The notes under the pieces were generated by a model, which had not been told where the DNA came from, did no database searches, and was given only the letters and a program-made list of their open reading frames with translations. A stretch of DNA of 60,000 bases, from positions 93,746,001 to 93,806,000 of the forward strand of contig CM059432.1 of the NCBI GenBank assembly GCA_030390025.1. Direction: 5' to 3'. This document shows positions 25,471 through 38,358 of the stretch, one piece after another. This DNA comes from Squalus acanthias. Lineage: Eukaryota. The translations under genes and the position numbers were made by a program. Each line of letters opens with the position of its first letter. The first letter of the stretch is position 1.

Positions 25471-28400
25471 TTTAAAAAAAAATTAGTTTTTATGGGATGT
25501 GGGCGTCGCTGGCAAGCCCAGCATTTATTGCCCATCCCTAATTACCCTCGAGAAGGTGGTGGTGAGCTTCTTCTTGAACCGCTGCAGTCCGTGTGGTGAA
25601 GGTACTCCCACAGTGTTGTTAGATAGGGAGTTCCAGGATTTTGACCCAGCGACGATGAAAGATTGGCGATATACTAAGTCAGGATGATGTGTGACTTGGA
25701 GGGGAACTTGGAGGTGGTGGTGTTCCCATGCGTCTGCTGCCCTTGTCCTTCTAGGTGGAAGAGGTCGCGGGTTTGGGAGGTGCTGCCAAAGAAGCCTTGG
25801 CAAGTTGCTGCAGTGCATCTTGTAGATGGTACACACTGCAGCCATGGTACGCCGGTGGTGGAGGGAGTGGATGTTTAAGGTGGTAGAGGGGGTGCCAATC
25901 AAGTGGGCTGCTTTGTCCTGGATGGTGTCGAGCTTCTTGAGTGTTGTTGGAGCTGCACTCATCCAGGCAAGTGGAGAGTATTCCATCACACTCCTTACTT
26001 GTGCCTTATAGATGGTAGAAAGGCTTTGGGGAGTCAGGAGGTGAGACACTCGCCGCAGAATACCTAGCCTCTGACCTGCTCTTGTTGCCACAGTATTTGT
26101 GTGGCTGGTCCAGTTAAATTTCTGGTCAATGGTGTCCCCCAGGATGTTGATGGTGGGGGATTCGGTGATGGTAATGCCATTGAATGTCAAGGGGCGGTGT
26201 TTAGACTCTTGCTTGTTGGAGATAGTCATTGCCTGGCACTTCTGTGGCACGAATGTTACCTGCCACTTATCAGCCCAAGCCTGAATGTCGTCCAGGTCTT
26301 GTTGCATGCGGGCATGGACTGCTTCATTATCTGAGGAGTTGTGAATGGCACTGAACACTGTGCAGTCATCAGCGAACAGCCCCATTTCTGACCTTATGTT
26401 GGAGGGAAGGTCATTGATGAAGCAGCTGAAGATGGTTGGGCCCAGGACACTGCCCTGAAGAACTCCTGCAGCGATGTCCTGGGGTTGTGATGATTGACCT
26501 CCAACCACCACAACCATCTTCCTTTGTGCTAGGTATGACTCCAGCCAGTGGAGAGTTTTCCCCCCGATTCCTATTGACTTCAGTTTTACTAGGGCTCCTT
26601 CATGCCACACTCGGTCAAATGCTGCCTTGATGTCAAGGGCAGTCACTCTCACCTCACCTCTGGAATTCAGCTCCTTTGTCCATGTTTGGACCAAGGCTGT
26701 AATGAGGTCGGCAGCCGAGTGGTCTTGGCGGAACCCAAACTGAGAATCAGTGAGCAGGTTATTGGTGAGCAATTGCCGCTTGATAGCACTGTTGATGACA
26801 CCTTCCATGACTTTGCTGATGATTGAGAGTAGACTGATGGGGCGGTAATTGGCCGGATTGGATTTGTCTTGCTTTTTGTGGACAGGACATACCTGGGCAG
26901 TTTTCCACATTGTCGGATAGATGCCAGTGTTGTAGCTGTACTGGAACAGCTTGGCTAGAGGCGCGGCTAGTTCTGGAGCACAAGTCTTCAGCACGATAGC
27001 CGAAATGTTGTCAGGGCTCATAGCCTTTGCTGTATCCAGTGCGCTCAGCCGTTTCTTGATATCATGTGGAGTGAATCGAATTGGCTGAAGATTGGCTTCT
27101 GTGATGGTGGGGACCGCAGGAGGAGGCCGATATGGATCATCCACACGGCACTTCTGGCTGAAGATGGTTGCAAACGCTTCAGCCTTGTCTTTTGCATTCA
27201 CGTGCTGGGCTCCACCATCATTGAGGATGGGGATAGTCATGGAGCCTCCTCCTCCCGTTAGTTGTTTAATGGTCCACCACCATTCATGACTGGATGTGGC
27301 AGGACTTCAGAGCTTTGATCTGATCCGCTGATTGTGGGATCGCTTAGCCCTATCTATAGCATGCTACTTCTGCTTTTTAGCATGCATGTAGTCCTGTGTT
27401 GCGGCTTCCCCAGGTTGGCGCCTCATTTTTAGGTATGCCTGGTGCTGCTCCTGACATGCTCTTCTACACTCCTTATTGAACGAGGGTTGGTCCCCTCGCT
27501 TGATGGTAATGGTAGAGAGGGATATGCCGGGCCATGAGGTTACAGATTGTGGTGGAATACAATTCTGCTGCTGCTGATGGCCCACAGCGCCTCATGAATG
27601 CCCAGTTTTGAGCTGCTAGATCTGTTCTGAATCTATCCCATTTAGCACGGTAGTAGTGCCACACAACACGATGGGGGTGTCCTCAGTGTGAAGACGGGAC
27701 TTCGTCTCCACAATGACTGTGCAGTGGTCACTGCTACCAATACCGTCATGGACAGATACATCTGCGACAGGTAGATTGGTGAGGACGAGGTCAAGTAGGT
27801 TTTTCCCTTCGTGTTGGTTCTCTCACCACCTGTCGCAGGCCCAGACTGGCAGCTATGTCCTTCAGGACTCGGCCAGCTCGGTCAGTAGTGGTGCTACCGA
27901 GCCACTCTTGGTGATGGACATTGAAGTCCCCCACCCAGAGTACATTCTGCGCCCTTGCTACTCTCAGTGCTTCTTCCAAGTGGTGTTCAACATGGAGGAG
28001 TACTGATTCATCAGCTGAGGGAGGGCGGTAGGTGGTAATCAGCAGGAGGTTTCCTTGCCTATGCTTGACCTGAAGCCATGAGACTTCATGGGGTCCGGAG
28101 TCAATGTTGAGGACTCCCAGGGCCACTCCTTCCCGACTATATACCACTGTGCCGGTGGGACAGGACATACCCAGGGATGGTGATGGAGGAGTTTGGGACA
28201 TTGGCTGAAAGGTATGATTCTGTGAGTATGACTATGTCAGGCTGTTGCTTGACTAGTCTGTGGGACAGCTCTCCCAATTTTGGCACAAGTCCCCAGATGT
28301 TGGTGAGGAGGACTTTGCAGGGTCGACTGGCCTGGGTGTGCCGGTGCTGAGGTCGATGCCGGGTGGTCCGTCCGGTTTCATTTTTATTATTTTGTTTCGT

Positions 28401-28737
28401 AGCGGTTTGTTACAACTGAGTGGCTTGCTAGGCCATTTCAGAGGGCAATTAAAAGTCAACCACATTGCTGTGGGTCTGGAGTCACATATAGGCCAGACCA
28501 GGTAAGGACGGCAGATTTCCTTCCCTAAAGGACATTAGTGAACCAGATGGGTTTTTACGACAATCCGATAGTTTCATGGTTACCATTACTGATACTAGTA
28601 ATTATTCCAGATTTATTTAATTAACTGAATTAAAATCCCCAGCTGCCATGGTGGGATTTGTACTCACGTCTCTGGATCAATAGTCCAGGCCTCTGGATTA
28701 CTAGCCCAGTGACATTACCACTACCCTACCGTTCCCA
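25471..28737 (-). mobile_element. Near full-length non-LTR retrotransposon (CR1/L2/Jockey group, clade unresolved), frameshifted APE endonuclease + 571-aa RT ORF (25525-27240), tRNA-like 5' head, no ORF1
   Basis: VLLTNIWGL...PDIVILTESY near 28315-28205, VGDFN, NYRPISL, DIKAAFD, QGSVLGP, FADD; inserted into the Harbinger transposase. Confidence 0.9.
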
Positions 28738-31700
28738 TCATCAGGAAAATGCAATGTTTTACAATAGGAAGGTTTTTTTATTCGCTGAACGTTCAGCTTG
28801 TTTGTAACCACATGCAGCTGGTTATGCAGGTCTGTGCCCAGTTTCCTGGCATTAGTCATGGTGCTTTCATATTGTGCCAGTCTTCATTACACCCTGTTCC
28901 ACCCAGACCATCGGGTGGCAGGGTGGCTGCTGGGGGACAAGGAGTATCCTCTCACCAACTGGCTCATGACTACTGTCAGGAACACAGGCACAGATGCAAA
29001 ATGCCAAGAACCAGAGCTCTCGTAGAGCAAATGATTGGCGTCTTGAAACAGAGATTCCGCTGTCTGGACAGCTCTCAAGGAAACCTTCAGTACAGCCTGA
29101 GCGAGTGTCCAGATTTGATGCTGTTTATTGCATGTTTCACAATTTTGCCATCCAAAGAGGAGTAGCCTTGGATCTGCCAGAAAAAGTAGTAGTGGAGGAA
29201 GAAATTGAAAAAGGGCTGAGAAATCAGAGGATGCAGAGGAAGAGCAGTGCCCAGCAGTGCTGCGAGCTGCCTGAACTGCAAGACAACAAATTATTGACGT
29301 GAGATTCTCTTGAACAATACTTCCCCTACCCAGACCACCAACAGTCCCTCCTTCCATTTGATCCAGTCCTAACATCCGAATGTCCTCAAACAGTACAACT
29401 GCACAGGTGTTCCACATACATCACGAAGATTTTTAAGACCAGCAGCAATCCAAAAACAAACTACTTTACTACTCCAACATACTTCAGTATTGACAAATGT
29501 TTATATTGATCATGGATAACCACAAATCATCCTTGTGCCCGTCTTCTGTGCTGTTTTACCTATTCTAGTGCTCCTATGAAGTGGTTCCCCCATGGATACA
29601 GCATGGGAGGAGGAAGGCTGTTGAACTTACCACTGAAAGCACTTTAGATGACCGTGGTAGGTGACCTCGAGGAACTCTGACCATTGAGGACCTGGCTGCA
29701 GACTGCTGTGTCTTGGCGTCGCTGGGGCAATATGGTACAAGTGGCTGTCAGGCATCAACAAGGGCACTGGCTGAGAGGCTCACAGGGGAGTAGGCATTCT
29801 GTCATCCTGAGAGAGGACAGCATGAACCTCTCCAATGGAGCCGAAGCCACTGTCATGGGGCTGCACCTCAGCACTCCCACTGCTCTGCGCGAGAACAGAG
29901 CGGAGTGACGTGATGCTCTGGAGGCGCCTATCCATGCTCTCCTTTATGCTTTGAAAGCCTGAAAAGATGCTGGACCCAAGCTAAGATAGCAGCAGTCTGA
30001 GTTCTCATCAATGTGATCAGAGCGGTCTCCAGAGGCTCCATCAATGTGGGCTCCACTGCACTGTTCAGAGAGCTGATCATTTGCTCCATAATTGGCTGCA
30101 TGGTCTTGATGCCATGCATGAAGAGCCCACACAAGTTGGAGCTGGACTCCTCCATGCTCCCCACCATTGTGCGCAAGCTCGCTGGCAGGCAGGCCAGTGC
30201 ACTAAAAATGTCCTGATATATAGCGATCAGTCCTTTAATATAGGCTGTGGCCTGGAGGTCTTTATTGGTGCCTTCTGCAGCAGGATTAGGATGCAAGCTC
30301 TCCCTCTGGTGAGCTGCTTCATGCACCATCCTATCCTCCTACCCTTGCTTTGGCTCAGTCAAGGACTCTTGAGATGCTTAATATGCCTGGAGATTCGGCC
30401 TCCTCAAGTGTCCACCTTCTCCCTGGTAATATAGGTGAGCTTGGCCTCCAAGAAAGAAGGGAGTGTGTTTATGGTAACTTAGTGAGATGATTTGAGGATG
30501 TGCATATCAGGATAGAATAGTGTTGCTGGTGTGTGAAAGGTAGCAGAGGTGTGAAGAGGTGGTGGATGTAATAGTGAGGGAAGTAGCAGGTACACAGAGT
30601 GGCAGTAGCAGCAGAAGAAGGTGGAGTGAAGTGTACACCAGTGATTGGAGGAGACCAATGGGAATAAGGGGAGGGAAGGGTTGCGAGTGCTGAGGCTACT
30701 GGTAGCACAGGGCTAAGCAGAGAGTAGTAACAGGTATGAGTTAAGAGGCTTACTTTAGCAAACCTGGTCAGATCAGTACATTTTTGCAGCCTGGTCCTCG
30801 GAGCAATGGGCTGTCCTGCCACCTCTGACCACTTGTGCCAGGGAGCTTGCTTTGAGAGCTTCCTCCCACTGGATGGAAATAGCACGTCCCTCCTCCTGCT
30901 GCCCTCCTCCACCAATACCTCCAAGGCAACGTCCGAATAGCGGGGTACGCTTGCAGCTTTTCCTCTCCCTGCCATTTCAACCTCAAACTTGAATTGAGCT
31001 GATAGCGCGTTCCTTTTAAGAGGTGCAGGCTGCCTCTGAATAGTTTAATGGTGCCAGATTATCACGCACACAATTAGGTGAGCTGCCAATCAGCAGTGTT
31101 AGTAGTGCTGACAGCCTGCCTATTTAATTTAAATGAGGCACCTGGACCAATTTCATGAGTCACTTACGCCCATGTGAGTGGGCACGTGCACAGTACACAT
31201 TCTGCGCCTGAAAAAGGGCTTAAATCAATTTCTACCCCTCAGAGTTCTACCCAGAATGCAACTGATGCAGTGTTACTCCAACCTATGTTTAAATAAAAAA
31301 TGAAAATATGAAAGGTTATGATCATTAACAGACCCAAATTAAAGGATATTGCTCTTTTAAATTAAAAAAAAAAGCAATTAAAACGCTCAATAGAATTGCA
31401 CACTGAAGTTGATCCCTGGGACCTGGTTTTGATTCCAGCCTATACAGATAGGATGAAAGTCTTTTTGTTAACTGCATGAAATGAGACCGGCAATCTCAAT
31501 CAAGTTCCTAGTAATTGTAGTTCACACCAGAAAACTGCTCACAATCTGCCACAAAATTGAAACTGACTCAGGATATAAAGATGGTTGATTTTCAAGATGG
31601 AAAAAGTTCATACTGGTTCCACAGAATGATCTTCTGAGATTGGGAGCAGTGGGAACTTAAGCAGTCTTTTTCCCCTCCCAATCAGTTCAGCAAATACAGC

Positions 31701-32512
31701 TAAAAATAACAGGGGGGAATTTCTGCGGGGGTTCTTCCGATCGTCCACCATAATGTTGGTAGAAGAGCTTGTTACATAATATCGTTAACTGTTAGATGGT
31801 TGAAGCTAGACAGATTGCAGTCAATCAGGACGTGTACAATACCTCGTTAACTGTTAGATGGCCTTAACTTTGTTAACAACTTATTAATTGCATGCTTCGA
31901 CAATTGATTAGAGGGAAGTCATACCTAATTCCAGGCAAACAGCTATGTGTTTGTACACTGTGGTGTTGAAATGGTTTTTGTTTTATGTGGAGTTAACTTT
32001 GAGATTTATTATTTTAAATCTAAAAAGTTGTGTGGTATTGTTTAAGAGTATTTGTACTGTAAACATTATTGATTATTTGTAAAAAAAAGACAAAATCGAA
32101 ATCCATAAAGCTGTTTTTTAAGGCTTTATTGTGATCAAGGAATGAAAAGGTTTACTATGTAATTGATAAGTTGTATAAATACTATTGTACTTGAATAAAA
32201 AGATTAATGACAAAAAAAAATTCCAGGCAAACAAGAAGTCTGTGTAAGAGAATGGCTGGTTGAAACTAGACAGAGTGAGCCAATGAGTTTCAGCTGATGC
32301 AACAATATGCATGTACCACATAAGGAAAGGGGTACAAATGAAAGAGCGTGAACAGAACAAAACACAGCAGATTTGAACAAGACCTTCCACACTGCACTGC
32401 TGTCCAGAAACTCAGACCGGGTAATACGGACCTTAATTCTGTTAATTGTTGCTTGAATACTATGTGTATGATTGATTCTGCTAATGTTACAATAAAGCCT
32501 TGTTATACCCAA

Positions 32513-34065
32513 AATAACAACAGAAAACGCTGGAAAAACTCAGCAGGCCAGGCAGCATCCGTGGAGAGAGAAAGAGAGTTAACGTTTCAGGTCGATGACC
32601 TTTCATCAGAACTGGGAAGAGCCGGAAATCAAATAGATTTAAGGCCAGGGTAAAGCTGGGAAAAGGGGGAGGGGATAAAGGAACAAAGGTGGAGATGAAG
32701 AGACATTAAGAGACATTAAGAGATATGCAAGGCTAGAGGTGGTGTTAATGTGACAGATTAAGGCTGAATGAAGTGTGAAATCCACTGGCAGAATGAAGGA
32801 CAGCTGCCAGCTTCTAGGAGGAAAAAAAAGGTGGGGGGGGACAAATAAAAGGGTGGATAAAATAAAATATAAATGTGATTGGAGCTGAGGTTATGATCTA
32901 AAATTGTTGAACTCGATATTGAGTCCAGAGGGCTGTAGCGTGCCTAAACGAAAGATGAGGTGCTGTTCCTCGAGCTTACGCTGAGCTTCCGTGGAACAGT
33001 GTAATAGGCCGAGGACGGTGAGGTCAGAGTGGGAGTGAAGCGGTGAATTAAAGTGACAGGCCACCGGGAGCTCGGGGTCCCCCTTACGGACTGAACGGAG
33101 GTGTTCCGCAAAGCGGTCACCCAATCTGCGTTTGGTCTCCCCAATGTAGAGGAGTCCACATCGTGAGCAGCGAATACAGTATACTAAATTGCAGGAAGTA
33201 CAAGTAAATCGCTGTTTCACCTGGAAGGGGTGTTTGGGGCCCTGGACAGTGGGAAGAGGGGAGGTATAAGGGCATGTGTTGCATCTCCTGCGCGTGCACG
33301 GGAAGGTGCCGGGCGAAGGGGAAGGGGTGCTGGGGGTGGTAGAGGAGTGGACTAGGGTGTCGCGGAGGGAGCGGTCCCTACGGAATGCTGAAAAGGGAGG
33401 TGAGGGGAAGATGTGTTTGGTGGTGGGATCACGCTGGAGGTGGCGGAAATGGCGGAGGATGATCCGTTGAATGTGGAGGCTGGTGGGGTGAAAGGTGAGG
33501 ACAAGGGGAACCCTATCGTGGTTCCGGGAGGGAGGGGCAGGGGTGAGGGCAGATGTGCAGGAGATAGAACGGACACGGTCGAGGGCCGTGTCGACCACGG
33601 TAGAGGGGAATCCTCGGTTGAGGAAAAAGGAAGACATGTCGGAAGCACTGGTATGGAAGGTGGCATCATCAGAGCAGATGCGGCGGAGACGGAGAAACTG
33701 GGAGAATGGAATAGAGTCCTTACAGGAGGCGGGGTGGGAGGAAGTGTAGTCCAGGTAGCTGTGGGAGTCGGTGGGCTTGTAGTGAATGTTAGTCAATAAC
33801 CTATCCCCAGAGATGGAGATGGAGAAGTCGAGGAAGGGAAGGGAAGAGTCGGAGATGGACCATGTGAAGGTGAGGGAAGGGTGGAAATTGGAAGCATAGT
33901 GAATGAAATGTTCTAGTTCAGGGCGAGAGCAGGAGACGGCACCGATACAGTCATCAATGTACCGGAAAAAGAGGTGAGGGAGGGGACCCGAGTAGGACTG
34001 GAACAAAGAGTGTTCCACATATCCCACGAAAAGGCAGGCATAGCTAGGACCCATGCAGGTACCCA
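32513..34065 (-). mobile_element. Penelope-like element family B, 5'-truncated, RT C-half + GIY-YIG open
   Basis: MGPSYACLF, RYIDD, HYKPTD, NLVYCIRCSRCGLLYIGETKRRLGDRFAEH; stop at 32891; possible TSD tacccaa at both ends. Confidence 0.92.
32577..32613 (-). ncRNA. Minimal type-I hammerhead ribozyme, canonical core, in the 3' region of Penelope family B
   Basis: AGUU CUGAUGA A AGGUC auc GACCU GAAA CG UU AACU: stems I and II pair fully and stem III is the palindrome AACGUU. Confidence 0.8.
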
Positions 34066-35267
34066 ATTGGGATTGCCAAGCAGCATCATTGACAGGGTAA
34101 CCTAGGGCCGAGCGCCCCGACACGAGGGAACCCCATAAAAATTGGCGACCGACGGCAGGACAGGCAAATAACAAGGCGAAGTAGCCATAGCAGAATCCCT
34201 TCGGGTTGTAAAGGGTTATAACCTAACTCCTGGCGGAGGAAACTAGTTTAGTGGACTCGGAATGAGGGCAATGTGCTACGTTCTGACAATTAAGGAGCAC
34301 AGGTAAGATAGGGGAATCCGACTGGATCCACCAATATGAGGAGGTAGTCAAAGGTAGTGTAGGTAAGGCGCTGATCCTGGTAATGTCTAAAGCAGACAAA
34401 CCATACAAGGAAGGGTGTGGCCATGGATGCCAGAACAGGTCAGAGCTAAGAACTAAAACCAGGCAAGAAAGCAAGACATTTGTGCAGATATGCTAAGTGG
34501 TTTCTGTGCAGTTAAAAATTAAGACAAGGATAAAAATTTAAAGGTAGAAATGACAGCAGAAGTGCCAGAGCGAATGCGAGAAAAGGGAACTACAGCAGTC
34601 AATCGAGAGCTTTTGCTTATGAATCACTGAGTTAAGTGCTATGTTAGGAAACCAAACAGCACGAGTGAACTTAGCAGCCAGGCAAAGATCAGAGCAGGCT
34701 GCACTGGAGTGCCAGAGAGAGAAGCTGAAAAATGAGAAAAGTTAAAATAGCAGTTAGAAGATGCAAGAGGGGTGCTGAGGGAAGAGTCAGAAAGGAATAA
34801 GGAAATGGGTAAACCTGACCATCGACCATATCAGATGCAAATAGAAATGTTCAGGAATCATTTGGGGCAGAGAACGGCTATGGTATAGGCAGTAACCCGA
34901 GGAAGTTGCGGTTTTGAAGGTATGAGATTGATTGGGGAGCGTTGGAGGATGCGGCATATCACTATCATGATGATGATCATCCTCCTAAGGTGCACAGGAA
35001 AAAGGTAGAAGTGGTGTACCACAGGGGTTCTCAACCGTTTTGCTTCTGAGGCCCCCTTCCTGTGTTATAAAAATTCCATGGAACCCCTGTAGCACAAAAC
35101 AACAATAACTTGCATTTATATACGCCTTTAATGTAGTAAAACGTCCCAAGGTACTTCACAGCGTTAACAAACAAAATTTGACACCGAGCCACATAAGGAT
35201 GACCAAAGAGGTTGGTTTTAAGGAGAGTCTTGAAGGAGGAAAGAGAGGCGAAGAGGTTTCGGGACGG

Positions 35268-35341
35268 AAACGTTAACTGTTTCTCTCTGCACAGATGCTG
35301 CCTAACCTACCGAGTATTTCCAGCATTTTCTGTTTTTGTTT
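35268..35341 (+). repeat. Truncated Penelope family B 3' terminus (only the GAAACGTTAACT half of the hammerhead)
   Basis: Similar to the reverse complement of 32519-32588. Confidence 0.65.
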
Positions 35342-36983
35342 AGGTCAAGTAACAAGTCAATCTCAGGAGGAGCGCCCGATCACCCACGTAGAACAGCAGG
35401 TGATGGCGCAAGAGCTAGGTCCGATTAGAGATGGGAGGGACCATTAGAACTCGCTCAGACATTCAGGGTCTTTATCCAGGGTCATCCTGAACTTGGCGAT
35501 CTGGATCTTAAGTGCATACTATTGTATGGCTCGAGTCCAGATCTCAAGGCACGGTTGGAACCAGTGGTCTTTGCTGCCGCCACCAACTCTCAAACTGCAA
35601 TGGATGCCATTTATGCAATGCTGGGAATTGGCCAGATAGATGTTTATGGTGTGATCGGTAGATGTGCACAAGGACAGCAAGAACACCCACAGGCATTTGA
35701 GCAAAGATTGCACAAGCTGTACGTTATGTCCCAGCTGCTGGCCCCAGTAGAGAACAATTATCACAATCAGCAGGGATATCAGAATTTGTTCCTCTCAAAG
35801 TTGACCCTGAAAGTTAAAATCGCCCCGGGAGTGGTACTGAATACAAAAAGTGCATGGGCCACAATCATTGTCGCTGTACTTCAGGCACATCAGAATGTAC
35901 AAGCCTTTGGGCCCGGAGGGGAGAATACCGGAGCGAAGCCCAGGGTGAAGTATGAGGTCCATATGGTCGAGGGTCTGTACCCTTTGAGGGCTAGTGGGCA
36001 CAGCAGGGGTCAAGGTAGACAAGAGGGCTATGGCGCCTAACCAGGGAGCAGAAATCACCCTATTGAGGAAGGATGTTTAAACTGTGCTAAACAGAGACAC
36101 TGGGCAAGGGATTGCTGAAGCGCACCCTGCTCGATCCAGGGGTTGAGGAGGTCCAGGACCGAGAATCAACTACCCTCCTCCCTACCATCCCCCACAGATC
36201 AAAAATTGGAGAAACTAATTGCATTATTGGCTGCTCAGCAATTAACAGGGTGGGGGGGCCTCCCAATGGGGCACCCCAAGGTAAATGTAAACAATATCTG
36301 ATTCCCACTGAGAGCCATCCGTATCAACAGGAGCAAAATGCGAGCCATCAGGGTTCAATCGCGCTGAATTCACCAATTTGGTTGGTAAAGAAACCAGGTG
36401 GCAGTTGGTGATTAACAACTAATTACATGAAATTGAACTCCGCACCCGTTGGAGATATCGAGGGTCTTTTCGACCCTCGATATCTCCAATGGATTCTGGC
36501 GTGTCCCAGTTCACCCAGAGGATCAATATAAGTTTGCATTTACTTTCAACGACCAACAATACACCTGGACATGTTTGCCACAGGGGTTCCATAACTCCCC
36601 TATAATCTTCCACAAATGCATGGTGTTTATATTGAAGGGATATTCTCACTCAGTCGGTTCTACAATATGTGGATTACATTTTGATTGCCACCCAGACGTG
36701 AGAACAACATCTGATGTTCTGGACAGACTAAAGACGGCCGGTCTAAAGATCAATCCCAAGAAAGCTCAGCTACAACAATCAAAAGTATCTTTTCTGGGGC
36801 TCGTGCAATGGAAAGAAGCCTGACACACACAAGGTGGACATTATACAGAGGCTACCACTGCCAGTGACAAAGACAGCTTTCCAGTCATTTCTGGGGCTCG
36901 TGGGGTAACAACGATCATTCACCCTCACCCCACAGCTTGCAGCACTCGCTAAGCCGTTATATGACTTATCCAAGGGAGATGAT

Positions 36984-37371
36984 TTTTAAAATTAATTCAC
37001 AGGATGTGGACGTTGCCAGCATTTATTGCCCATCCCCTATTACCCTCGAGTAGGTGGTGGTGAGCCATCTTCTTGAATACAACTGAATAGATTCAGAAGG
37101 CAGCTAAGAGTCAACCACAGTGCCGTGGGTCTGGAGTCATATATAGGCCAGACCAGGTAAGGACAGCAGATTTCCTTGGGTGGGTTTTTACGACAATCCG
37201 GTAGTTTCATGGTCACCATTACTGATATTAGCTTTTTATTCCAGATTTATTTAATCAAATTTAAATTCCCCAGCTGCCGTGTTGGGATTTGAACTCGTGT
37301 CTCTGGATCATTAGTTCACGCCTCTGGATTACTAGTCCAGTAACATAACCACTATGCTACCGTACCCCCTA
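36984..37371 (-). mobile_element. tRNA-derived SINE sharing its head/body and 3' tail with the 25471-28737 LINE
   Basis: B-box gagttcaaatccc; body matches 28430-28730 and tail matches 25495-25580; TSD agatgat at 36977-36983 and 37372-37378. Confidence 0.85.
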
Positions 37372-37442
37372 AGATGATGACTCAGTTCAGCGGGATTAGA
37401 CGGACATACCAATGCAGTAACCAAGCTGAAGCAAGTGGTTGC

Positions 37443-38358
37443 AGGTGCATGGGAACACCATCACCCCCAAGTTACACACCATCCTGACTTGGAAATATAT
37501 CGGTGTTCCTTAATCGTCGCTGGGTCAAGATCCTGAAACTCCCTAACAGCACTGTGGGAGTACCTTCACCTCACGGACTGCAGCGGTTCAAGGCAGCGGC
37601 TCACCACTGTAAGATCCGGATCACAGGCCACACAGATATTACCCAAAAGGGTTTTAGAAGTTGTAAGGCTTTTATTAAAGAGTTACAGTTTTAAAGCATA
37701 ATCAGGTATTACATATGGTTTAAGCCGAGTATAATAGACATACAACCCGTGACAGTAGGAGCGATCTACGACTCCCGAATCGGAATGCCACGACCGGACG
37801 GACGGGGAGGCAGTACGGTGGTCTCGGATTGGGTGGATTCCTGCAGTCTGCTGCAGCGGTCACTTCCGTTGGGTCATCTCTCAAGCTGTTGGAGGTGTTA
37901 GGCCGTCAGCCACCTCAGAGGCTAAACTTGACCAAGGTGTTAGGCCGTAGCCACCTCGGGAAAGCCTTCGCCCCTAACTGCCTGATTTCCTCTCTCGATC
38001 ATCTATATTTATAGTTATGTCTGGAGATCTTTGTTCATGAGGAATGTTTTGTTATGTTTCTTTAAGGACATTTTATGACTTTTCGGATCCATTTTTGTCT
38101 ATTATCCCCCACCCTGTGTTTTGCATTTTACGATTCCCTTATCACTTCTATTTGTCTTTTGATGCTTGATATTCGACCTTGCTGACATTTCTGCTATCTG
38201 TTCCCAGCTGCATGTTGTCAGTCTCTGTTCGAAGAATTAAAACCCATCTTTGAATCTAACAGCTATTTCTTACACCACCACCTCCTCAAGGGAAATTAGG
38301 GATAGGCAATAAATGCTGGCCTTGCCTGCAACACCCACATCCCAGGAAAGAAAAAAAA
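37443..38358 (+). mobile_element. 3' end of the same LINE family, interrupted by a solo LTR
   Basis: Reverse complement of about 25495-25735, split at 37607/38275. Confidence 0.75.
37608..38274 (-). mobile_element. Solo LTR (667 bp)
   Basis: TGTAAGA...TCTTACA termini, 4-bp TSD ccac, minus-strand TATA-like motif near 38005 and AATAAA near 37672. Confidence 0.8.

Larger units (their letters stand above)
24195..31238. mobile_element. Decayed PIF/Harbinger transposon: DDE transposase (+, about 24810-25470 and 28738-29290) and convergent Myb/SANT-like gene (-, from 30975)
   Basis: HARBI1-like peptides LPVAIEVTVALNF, GFSQVQGT.DCTHVAL, YSLNVQLVC, WLLGDKEY, EQMIGVLKQRFRCLD; Myb-like PRYSDVALEVLVEE..RRDVLF. 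TIRs GGGGGAGAATTTG / GGGGTAGAAATTG and 3-bp TSD tca. Confidence 0.85.
31770..34141 (+). mobile_element. Putative 5' LTR of the retrovirus-like element, split by Penelope family B
   Basis: Starts TGTTACA, internal direct repeat tcgttaactgttagatgg, AATAAA near 32491, and sequence resumes after the Penelope insertion up to the PBS. Left boundary uncertain. Confidence 0.45.
34142..37443 (+). pseudogene. Decayed internal region of a retrovirus-like LTR element (PBS, gag, RT)
   Basis: PBS-like tggcgacc at 34143; zinc knuckle CLNCAKQRHWARDC at 36074-36115; RT motifs NSPIWLVKKPGGSW, LDISNGFW, YTWTCLPQGFHNSP, LQYVDYILI; many stops and frameshifts. Confidence 0.85.

Noticed and set aside
28640..28735. 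Genuine tRNA gene (also 37280-37365 and 5700-5760)
   Set aside because: A/B-box-like motifs are present but there is no clean cloverleaf and they continue into SINE bodies.
24743..29302. Domesticated HARBI1-like host gene
   Set aside because: Stops, frameshifts, two insertions and retained TIRs indicate a dead transposon.
32891..34174. 427-aa ORF as a complete gene
   Set aside because: The first 35 or so residues run out of the truncated Penelope element into antisense LTR/PBS sequence, so the N-terminus is a chance fusion.
35268..35279. Sixth hammerhead
   Set aside because: Only the GAAACGTTAACT half remains; the CUGANGA core and stem II are missing.
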